Shown here: positions 53,540 through 64,000 of the stretch, piece by piece
Numbering within the stretch: the stretch's first letter is position 1
Layout of the letters: each line of letters begins with the position of its first letter
From: Octopus vulgaris
Taxonomy: Eukaryota
Direction: 5' to 3'
NCBI GenBank assembly: GCA_951406725.2
Contig: OX597823.1
Coordinates: forward strand, 7,006,001-7,070,000
DNA length: 64,000 bases
Made by a program: the position numbers and the translations under genes
The notes under the pieces: generated by a model
Told to the model about the DNA's origin: nothing
What the model saw: only the letters and a program-made list of their open reading frames with translations
Database searches by the model: none

Positions 53540-53837
53540 ATCCAATCGTGGCCGTTTGCCAGCCTCGTCTGGCACCTGTGCCAGTGGCACGTAAAAAGCA
53601 CCATCCGACCGTGGCCGTTTGCCAGCCTCGTCTGGCACCTGTGCCGGTGGCACGTAAAAAGCACCCACTACACTTATGGAGTGGTTGGCGTTAGGAAGGG
53701 CATCCAGCTGTAGAAACATTGCCAGATCAGACTGGGCCTGGTGCAGCCTTCTGGCTTCCCAGACCCCAGTTGCACCGTCCAACCCATGCCAGCATGGAAA
53801 AACGGACGCTAAACGATGATGATGATGATGATGATGA
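53540..53837 (+). mobile_element. Family B retroposon with two ~62-bp units
   Basis: Seen directly. Confidence 0.88.
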
Positions 53838-54015
53838 TACATATATATATATATATACATATATGCTGATAATGCTGGTTTGCATATGTAAGTTTATGTA
53901 CCTTCAGTTGGTTGGTTTACCTATTCCTTGTATATTGTCACACCTAAAAATCCAATTGTCTCCATAGAGACTGTATGCTTTTCTATAGAGGAGAAATAAT
54001 AATGAATCAGTTTAA

Positions 54016-54237
54016 CCCTTTTGTTACCATATTTAATTTGGGGTGCCCTGTGTTTCTTTCAATTAATTTAAAATATAACAAAGAATTTAGTAAAATAACT
54101 TAGTTATCATTAAGCAAGTGTTAAGAACATAAATTGTGACTAAGGTTTGGTGGAAGATTTTCATTCGAAACTTATGAAAGCAAGACATTTGTACTACAGT
54201 GCCAGAGGCGGTTTCAGCCGGGTTAGTATCAAAAGGG
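54016..54237. mobile_element. piggyBac-type MITE, copy 2
   Basis: TTAA flanks at 54012-54015 and 54238-54241. Colinear with 7065-7285. Confidence 0.85.
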
Positions 54238-55177
54238 TTAAGGAAAACAGAGAATAGAGAATATCCATTTTATTTTTCATTATTTATTATTTTATTATCA
54301 TCTAATTACTTATACCTTTTGCCTACATAACGTTTCTGCTGCCATCAGAGTACATCTTAAAGTTCATTATGATGCTATAATCTATCAAGTCTATCAAGGG
54401 TTTCTTCAGGACATTTTGACCACTATCGAGATTTCGTTTCATTTCTATGGTTTCTATGCATTCAAATACTCGTGTTGTATTTTTTTATTGCCCTTGTTTT
54501 TTGGTTTTATATACTTTCTGATTTTCTGATATGTGAAGCAGTAGCAGTTTTGATATCTATTATGTGAATGCTTTCAACAAACATCTTTTGTTACTAACTC
54601 ATTGGTGGCACCTTATAATATTCAGTATGCAGATAAAACATTTTGTAACTTTATCATTCATAAGAATACTGAATACCAATTTCAAATAAATTATTAAAAT
54701 TTACCATTTTACAATGAAGTTCTAACTGTTATTGTTTACAATAGAGTCATTCAACCATATTCAATTTTTTTTAATATTCTTTCTAAAATTTGTGCAAATG
54801 TTATAGACTTCTGTAAGGAACAGTAAAATGTTTTATTGGTCTGAAAATATTTAAACATAAACATGTTTCTACAGAAATCAATGAATATGTGTATAGTTTA
54901 ACTTTTATTATTATATTTTAATATAATTTAACAAATCCTACAACAGTAGTTTGTGCTTACTATGTAAAATATATTATAAAGCATTTTGAAATGTCCTTTA
55001 TACTATACCAACCAACAGTTTACAGAATTTAGACTGTTTTGATAATCATTAGTTTACTATCAATGTGTGTAGTTTCCTTACATGCCACTCCAGTTTTTCT
55101 CACCTTCACTCATTACTTTCACCTCTTCCCTATCTCTTGGTTTATCGACACATTGCTGCCACCTCTTCACATGATCC

Positions 55178-55759
55178 ATGTCTGAGATATACTGTAAGTA
55201 AGGGGGCTTACTACTCCCTTCTAGTCATTGGTAGTACCAATAGACAAATGGTTTCTGGGTAATTTCCTGGGGTTAAAAAGTAGTAACATAGTCCTGTGCA
55301 GGTCTGTCATGTTATATTGGCAGCTAAGCTTTAATATTTAGTACTATTACTACATAGATCTCATTCTGAGATTTAAAACTAGTTGTTTTTCTCCTTATGA
55401 GATCAGCAACTGACAGTCGCTTCAATAAATATATTTACTGTGAGTAAGGTTGACTGGCTGCTGTCTCTAGCCAGGCAGATGTCCATTACCAAAGAAGAGA
55501 AATTAATCAGAAACCATTGGTCTGCTGGGACTGCCAATGGCTAGAAGGAAGTAGTAAGCCCCTTTACTTACAGTATATCTTGGACACAAACTATGTGTCA
55601 ATAAACCAGCTGGAAAAGATGTTTTCCTGGATTTAAAAAGTTGTAACATAGCCCTATGCAGGACTTCTACACTATGTTGGCAAATAAACTTCAATATTCA
55701 GTACTGCTACTACATAGATCTCATTCAGAGATTTTAAAACGGTTGTTTTTATCCTTATA
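55178..55759. repeat. Composite inverted + direct repeat module
   Basis: 55178-55262 is inverted at 55501-55588, and 55263-55398 is directly repeated at 55623-55759. Confidence 0.8.
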
Positions 55760-56089
55760 TATATGTGTGTGTATTGCCATATTTCATTCCATAATGGCTA
55801 TCTCTGAAGAGCACATGGTTACATAATCAGACTGTTACCTAACACTCCATTAAACCCCTAGTGCGAAACTAATTGTTAAGATAGGCTGTAATGGATATAT
55901 AGTACCATACATGGAGAAAATATCTTAATATTTCAAGTGTCAATCCTTCATATAAAAATAAAAAGTGAAGATGAGAGAGAGAAAGAGTCTGAATGGGAAA
56001 AGAAAAAAGAAGACAAGAAAAGCTTAGTAAGAAGACAGAGGCAAAAATATGAGGCAAAAAAGGATGGGAAGAAGGAAAGTATGCACATA

Positions 56090-57360
56090 TTGGGTTGAGT
56101 CAAAGGATGACTGATTTTGTTAAACACCTTTACTCATGAAAATATTTTAAAAAGAATTATTTTCAATTATCAGTACAGTTGCCATTATTTTGAATGACCT
56201 CTTGTCATTTATCAGGTAGTTTTCTGATTCCTTTTGAGTAAAATGCAGCTGGCTTTGACGTGAAGAAACTTTTCACTTATGTTTTCATCTGATCTTCCTG
56301 AGAAAATATCTTTCCTCTCAGAGCATTTTGCAGAGGCGAAGAAGATGGAAATTAGCTGGTGCAAGGTCTAGTGAATACAGTGGATGGGGTAGAACAGACC
56401 AGCCCAAATCCAATATTTTATGCTGCGTGATTCTTGCTGAATATGGTCTTGCTTTATGAAGGAAAAGCCAAATGTTTCTCCTGTTGATGAATGCAGGGCG
56501 TTTTCTTAAAAGATTTTCATGCCCATGTTGCAGCTGTTGAGAGGATAAGTCAGCATTTAGTGTTTGATTGTGGTTTAAAAACTCAAAATGAATAATACCA
56601 TGGTAATCCCACCATACACACAATATAACCTTCCTTCTATGGTGCTCAGCCCTCGAGGTAGGATGTGGAGATTTATCCTTGTCCATCCACTGCCTTTTGC
56701 ATTGAACATTCTCATAAAAGACCCATTTTTTATCACCTGTAATGATATTATTGGGAAATGTTCATTTCTCTGCCTTGGAAGAAGACTTGTTGCTATGGAT
56801 GTGCGATCTTCCCTATTCTTATCTGTGAGAGTATGGGGAACCCAAACACCCAGCTTGCTGACTTCTCCTATTGTTTCCAAGTGGAGGTAGATGATGGATT
56901 GGGATGTGTTGAAGTCAGTTGTTGAGTACTTTTACAAGGATTGAATTCCACTAATTCTCTTCAAGCATCTTATTCGAAGTACAATGAGCATTCTGGTCTG
57001 AGTTGAACTCTCAGTGACAAATCTCAGGAACGAAACTTTGAAAACCAATTTTGCACTCGCCAGTCAGTAATGACGCCTTGGCCACAAACACTGCATATTT
57101 TAACAGCTGTTTCTCTGATGTTTTTCCCATTCTTAAACTCCCACATCATATATTGAATATGCACTTTCAGTTCATCTACTTTAGGGTGGTGGAATTTAAT
57201 ATCAAACTATGATGTGCATGCTTTCACTGCTTAAATATGAATGACAAACAAGGCTCTTTTAAAAACAGTCATTTCCATTTGAATTTTAAACATCTAAAGT
57301 TCAAAATGTGTTTTTACAATTCACTTCCAAAAAATAGAAATTATTAATGACTTGACCCAA
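56090..57360 (-). mobile_element. Full-length decayed mariner element (~1.27 kb)
   Basis: TA flanks and TIR remnants ttgggttgagtca / tgacttgacccaa. Motifs WVPHTL, GDKKWV, KVILCVWW and HPLYSLDLAPANFHL. Confidence 0.88.
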
Positions 57361-57387
57361 TATTTATATATTTTTACTTATAAACAT

Positions 57388-57475
<88 letters not shown>

Positions 57476-57869
57476 GTATACACATACTCACATGGAATTT
57501 TTTTATGAGTACCACCAGGTTAATTGAATCCATATATTGGGACTTGAATATATATGTATGTATGTTTATATATATATATGCAAATGAATATGTATGCACA
57601 CATACAGATACATGCATATTTTTATATACGTATGAATATATTTTTATATTCATCCATTGCAATTTAAACTGCATGACAAATAACAAGAATTTACAACGCC
57701 AGATGTATATTCATTCATTTATTGGGATGGTATCCTTTATTATGAAGTCTTGGTTTAAGTACTACACAGAGCATATGTAGACAACAAACCAGAGTATGAT
57801 ATGGTTTCTAAAATATTTAGCTATACTATACCATTTTACATGCTTTGTTAATATGTATATACATATATG

Positions 57870-58063
57870 ATAGATCGGTAGCCACTACACACATTTTTTT
57901 CTCTCCTTGTTTCTCTCCTTGTTTTTTTTCTGTGTCCCTTTCTGTAGAAGAGCATAGGCTCGACACATAAAAGACTTTTGCTATTCCTGAGTGCTATACT
58001 AATACATCTGTTTGTTTTATACACTACCTGTCTTCGTCTTTTGTTTTTTTCGTGAACTCTCCC
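57870..58063 (+). mobile_element. TA-flanked Penelope-like terminal repeat with variant hammerhead-like motif
   Basis: ctttctgtagaagagcataggctcgacacataaaagac. A second copy lies on the minus strand at 63903-64000. Confidence 0.6.
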
Positions 58064-58072
58064 TATATATAT

Positions 58073-58134
<62 letters not shown>

Positions 58135-58187
58135 ATATATATATGTATGTATATATATATATGTGTGTGTGTATATATATGTATGTA

Positions 58188-58597
58188 TCATCATCATCAT
58201 CATCGTTTAGCGTCCGCTTTCCATGCTAGCATGGGTTGGACGGGTCAACTGGGGTCTGTGAAGCTGGAAGGCTTCGTCAGGCCCAGTCAGATCTGGTAGT
58301 GTTTCTACGGCTGGATGCCCTTCCTAACGCCAACCACTCCGCGAGTGTAGTGGGTGTTTTTTACGTGCCACCTGCACAGGTGCCAGACAGAGCTGGCGAA
58401 CGGCCACGAACGGATGGTGCTTTTACGTGTCACCGGCACGGGGCCAGGTGATGCTGGCAACGGACGCAAATGGATGGTGCTTTTACGTGCCACCGACACA
58501 GTTGCCAGACAGAGCTGGCAAACGGCCACGAGCGGATGGTGCTTTTACGTGCCACCGACACGGTTGCCAGACAGAGCTGGCAAACGGCCACGAGCAG
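58188..58597 (-). mobile_element. Family B retroposon with ~four 61-63-bp units
   Basis: Repeated ggtgcttttacgtgccacc...tgccagacagagctggc units at 58350-58597. Confidence 0.88.
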
Positions 58598-58675
58598 GCA
58601 AATTATATATATGTGTGTGTGTGAATATAGATATGTGCGTTTGCGTATGCACATGTGTGTATATATATGTATTAC

Positions 58676-58783
58676 GTTGAGGAAAAAGTTCATGTGCTAT
58701 GTTTTGAAGAATAGTTGTTTTTTTTAATAAATTCTTGCATTAAAATCAATATTTTAACACGGTACATGAACTTTTTCCTCAAC
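58676..58783. mobile_element. Small (TA)n-flanked fold-back element
   Basis: gttgaggaaaaagttcatgt at 58676-58695 and its perfect complement at 58764-58783. Confidence 0.75.
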
Positions 58784-58847
58784 CTAGTATATATATATAT
58801 ATACATACATATATATATACACATATATATATATAGATATATATATG

Positions 58848-58909
<62 letters not shown>

Positions 58910-59203
58910 CATATATATATACATACATATTCATGCTTCCACTAGCCCTTTTTGTAAAGTTGATAATCATCTCCACAATGAGAAATTCTGTCATCATTCT
59001 GCCAATGATGTTAGATATATATGTTCCATGTCCCAGACAATATGACAATAAGATTCGATTATGTTATTCTCATTACAGAGCTAATATTTACCCTCTGTCA
59101 ATGAAATGTACGTGAAATGGAGAACCTAAATACTTTATAAACAATTTTCCATGTTTTGTTTTGTTTTCTATGTATGTATATGTATATTTGTATAAGTCTA
59201 ATC

Positions 59204-59240
<37 letters not shown>

Positions 59241-59273
59241 CATATATATATGTGTGTATATATATATATACAC

Positions 59274-59304
<31 letters not shown>

Positions 59305-59751
59305 TATACACATACATACATACATACTTAAACACACACACACATATATATCTATATGTATATGTATGTCCATATATTTGTGCTTGTTTATATATATATA
59401 TATAAGTATAATTATGTATATGCACACACCTACTCATAATTATATTCATATATACAAGCACACACACATACAAGCACATACACACACACACACACACACG
59501 CATACATATGTATAAAATATGCATGTATATATGTGTAGCAGTATATGCATATATAATTGTGTATAGATGAATATGAGTATGTGTCTATATACAGTTATGT
59601 GTAAATATATATATATATCTATATATATACACACACATATATATATATATATATATATGTAAATATGTATGCATATTATATAAATTTATGTGTGTGTCAT
59701 CATCATTATCATCATCATCATTTAACATCCAGTGTCTATGCTGGCATGGGC

Positions 59752-59798
<47 letters not shown>

Positions 59799-59959
59799 AT
59801 GCATGTATGTCATTCAGTTTTATTTCAAAGTTTCTTACCAATATAGAAAAAATCAGTTTTTGACTTAGACCTGAGGCTCCTTCATTGGAATTCCAACATA
59901 AACAACAAAGTATTCTTGTATGCATGTACATATGTATACATGCAGATTTGTATATTCTT

Positions 59960-60357
59960 ACTCTTTACTCTTTTACTTGATCAGTCATTTGACTGCGGCC
60001 ATGCTGGAGCACCGCCTTTAGTCGAGCAAATCGACCCCAGGACTTATTCTTTGTAAGCCCAGTACTTATTCTATCGTTCTCTTTTGCTGAACCGCTAAGT
60101 GACGGGAACGTAAACACACCAGCATCGGCTGTCAAGCAATGCTAGGGGGACAAACACAGATACACAAACACACACACACACACATACATATATACATACA
60201 TATATACGACAGGCTTCTTTCAGTTTCCGTCTACCAAATCCACTCACAAGGCATTGGTCGGCCCGGGGCTATAGCAGAAGACACTTGCCCAAGATGCCAT
60301 GCTGTGGGACTGAACCTGGAACCATGTGGTTGGTTAGCAAGCTACTTACCACACAGC
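59960..60357 (-). mobile_element. SINE family A
   Basis: Colinear with the other A copies. Confidence 0.9.
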
Positions 60358-60580
60358 TGTTTTCTCATACATATACTTGCATAGCTAGATATGCTCATGT
60401 ATACTTAAATGCTAAACTTCTGGAGAGTTTTACAGATTTTTACAGTTCCAGTGATGGCTTGGATTAGTAGTCTTTGGATCAGCTTTCTCCTTTCTGGTTT
60501 TGAGAAGCCAAATGTTTCAAGATTGGTATTTAGGCAGTGTGTTACATATGCTTATGCTCCAATAACTACAGGTATAAACT

Positions 60581-60801
60581 TATGTATGTATGTATGTATG
60601 TATGTATGTATGTATGTATGTATGTATGTATGTATGTATGTATGTATGTATGTATATATGTATTTATGTATGTATTTATGTATGTATGTATGTATGTATG
60701 TATGTATGTATGTATGTATGTATGTATGTATGTATGTATGTATGTATGTATGTATGTATGCATGCATGCATGCATGTATGTATGTATGTTATGTATGTAT
60801 G

Positions 60802-60833
<32 letters not shown>

Positions 60834-60840
60834 ATGTATG

Positions 60841-60872
<32 letters not shown>

Positions 60873-61700
60873 TGTATGTATGTATGTATGTATGTATGTA
60901 TTTATGTATGTATTTATGTATGTATGTATGTATGTATGTATTTATGTATGTATGTATGTATGTATGTATGTATGTATGTATATATGTATTTATGTATGTA
61001 TTTATGTATGTATGTATGTATGTATGTATGCATGTATGTATGTATGTATGTATGTATGTATTTATTGTATGTATTTATGTATGTATGTATGTATGTATTT
61101 ATGTATGTATGTATGTATGTATGTATTTATGTATGTATTTATGTATGTATGTATGTATGTATGTATGTATGTATGTATGTATGTATGTATGTATGTATGT
61201 ATGTATGTATGTATGTATGTATGTATGTATGTATGTATGTATGTATGTATGTATGTATGTATGTATGTATGTACGTACGTATGTATGTGTGTGTGTATGT
61301 ACGTATGTATTTATGTATGTATGTATGCAGTATGCATTTATGTATGTATGCATGTATGTATGTATGTATGTTTTTATGTATGTATGTATGTATGTATGTA
61401 TGTATGTATGAATGTATGTATGTATGTATGTATGTATGTATGTATGTATGTATGTATGTATGTATGTATGTATGTATGTGTGTGTGTATGTATGTATGTA
61501 TTTATGTATGTATGTATGCACGTATGCATTTATGTATGTATGCATGTATGTATGTATGTATGTATGTTTTTATGTATGTATGTATGTATGTATGTATGTA
61601 TGTATGTATGTATGTATGTATGTATGTATGTATGTATGTATGTATGTATGTATGTATGTATGTATGTATGTATGTATGTATATATGTATGCATGTATGTA
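60581..61700. repeat. ~1.1-kb (TATG)n tetranucleotide array
   Basis: Seen directly. It generates the spurious MYVC-repeat ORFs. Confidence 0.97.
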
Positions 61701-63368
61701 TAAATGAAAGTCATGCATAGGTATATTTTCATGCATCTGCTAGTGTGTATGATGTATTTATGGATTCATATACAACTATTCAATGCATGATTGTATATGT
61801 GCGTGTGTACGTGTACTTTATGTATAAATATGATATGTGTGCATATACATATATATACATATATGTATGTATATACACATGCAAATAAATGTATACTTAT
61901 GCATATATGTATATATATATGTGTATATATATATATATGTTTGTGTATATATATGTATATATATATTTATATATATGTATATATATATATATACACACAT
62001 ATACATACATATATATATATATATAAATGTAACTTATGCATTCTTTATATAATTATATATATATATTCATGCATACACATACATGGGCATATGCACAAAT
62101 ATAATATTAGATGTGTGTGTATATATACGTACATGTATGTTTCCATAAATATATATGTGTGTACATGTAGGTGTATGTATTTATATATAAGTATACCTAT
62201 ATATGTGCATGTGTTTATACACACATACACACACACACACACATATATATACATACGTTTATTTGTGTGTGTGTGTGTATGAGTGTACATGTGTGTGTAT
62301 ATGTATGTATGTATGTACGTATGTACGTATGTATATATGTGTGTATGTATTTATGTATGTATGTATGTATTTATGTATGTATGTATTTATGTTTGTATGT
62401 ATGTATGTATGTATGTATGTTTTTATGTATGTATGTATGTATGCATGTATGTATGTATATATGTATGCATGTATGTATAAATATATATGGGTACTTATTC
62501 ATTTATAAATACATACGTGTATGCATATATGTATGTGTGTATGTAGGTATGCATATAAGCATAGATGTATATTTTTCTTTATATTCTTAGAATAATAAAA
62601 TACTAATTCAACAAATCAAGTACATTTATTCTAATAAAAATTTATTTTATTGAAATACAAGATATTTATAGTTGATCTGTAATTTCAAGAACTATTTGCC
62701 AGGTATTTTCTAAAACTGTCTTTTTAAACCTATAATTAATATCAATTTGATGTTTTATGCTGTTCTCTAAGGAGTTTGTTTGTCATGTCTTATTGTTGAT
62801 AGTATTTTGTGCTTATCCAATAATTTGTTTCCCTTGTTCATCATTGGTATTGATATAATGCAATTTATTCGTTTTCTGTATCTCATTCACAACTTCTGCG
62901 TCTACACTTTATTTTTAAACAATACCTTCATTAATACTTGTGCATCACTTGAATATTTTTTTTGTTACTATCAAATAAACTTCCTCTGTGTTTGTGTTTC
63001 TTTTTTATGCAGCATTCGCTGATATGCTTCTTTATATTTATTTAGATATAGCTTGTATTCATTTTTATTGAAGTTGCAGACTGAATTTTTAATAATCTCA
63101 TCAATGAATTCATCTTCGTTAAATATTTTTAGCTGTTTTAATACTTCCTGAACACTTAATTGAATCATTGAAAGTTTTTGGAACACTTCTAAAGCTAGCT
63201 TGCACCATAACATTTTGCTATTTCCCGATCAACTAGAAAAATAATTGATTATTTACCTTCTATTACTGCTACCTATCTGCTTCCGTAGAACTCTATAATC
63301 AAAATTAGTTTCAGTCTGCAAAGTCATTTCAATAAAAAAAATGTTTGGGACATATTTTAGTGATCCTC

Positions 63369-63785
63369 GGCTGTGTGGTAAGTAGCTTGCTAACCAACCA
63401 CATGGTTCCGGGTTCAGTCCCACTGCGTGGCATCTTGGGCAAGTGTCTTCTGCTATGGCACTGGGCCGACCAATGCCTTGTGAGTGGATTTGGTAGACGG
63501 AAACTGAAAGAAGCCTGTCGTATATGTATATATATATGTGCATGTGTGTGTGTTTGTGTGTCTGTGTTTGTCCCCCAAGCATTACTTGACAACCGATGCT
63601 GGTGTGTTTATGTCCCCGTAACTTAGCGGTTCGGCAAAAGAGACCGATAGAATAAGTACTGGGCTTACAAAGAATAAGTCCTGGGGTCGATTTGCTCGAC
63701 TAAAGGCGGTGCTCCAGCATGGCCGCAGTCAAATGACTGAAACAAGTTAAAGAGTAAAAGAGTAAAAGAGTAAAGAGTAAAGAGT
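63369..63785 (+). mobile_element. SINE family A
   Basis: Colinear with 49174-49585, with an extended GTAAAAGA tail. Confidence 0.9.
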
Positions 63786-63902
63786 ATATATTAAGTTCAG
63801 GTGTAGCTGTGCAGTAAGATGTTTGCTCTGCAACCACATGGTTCCAAGTTCAGTTCCACTGCATGACACCTTGACTAAGTGTCTTCTACTATAGTCCCAG
63901 GC

Positions 63903-64000
63903 TGTATTAGTATAACACTCAGGAAATTGAAAAAGTCTTTTACATTTCGAGCCTACGCTCTTCTACAGAAAGGGACACAGAAAAAACAAGGAGAGAGAAA
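63903..64000 (-). mobile_element. Second copy of the 57870 family, cut by the window end
   Basis: Minus strand ccctttctgtagaagagcgtaggctcgaaatgtaaaagac. Confidence 0.7.

Noticed and set aside
60409-61707. 432-aa and 388-aa ORFs
   Set aside because: These are translations of (TATG)n, which lacks stop codons on this strand. They are not genes.
381-62590. Dozens of YI/CV/HT- or poly-I/N-rich ORFs
   Set aside because: All derive from (TA)n, (CA)n, (TAA)n and mixed microsatellites.

Overview
AT-rich, microsatellite-saturated animal genomic DNA. The SINE families and repeat landscape suggest an octopus (coleoid cephalopod), which is an inference. There is one real host coding exon (15685-17394, +). 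It is the 3' terminal exon of a Compass/defective proventriculus (dve, SATB-related) homeobox gene, encoding the end of a CUTL domain and two atypical K50 homeodomains. Almost all other listed ORFs are microsatellite artefacts or transposon relics. Recognisable mobile elements include RTE, CR1-like and R4/Dong-like LINE relics, several tRNA-derived SINE families, two piggyBac-type MITEs, mariner and DD37D transposase relics, and a Penelope-like GIY-YIG relic. The most striking unexplained signal is about nine short fold-back (inverted-repeat) insertions from several unrelated sequence families, nearly all embedded in (TA)n tracts. Several carry hammerhead-ribozyme cores (CTGATGA...GAAAC-palindrome-NUH), which points to microsatellite-targeted, ribozyme-bearing Penelope-like mini-elements. 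Coordinates were counted by eye and boundaries of decayed repeats are approximate.
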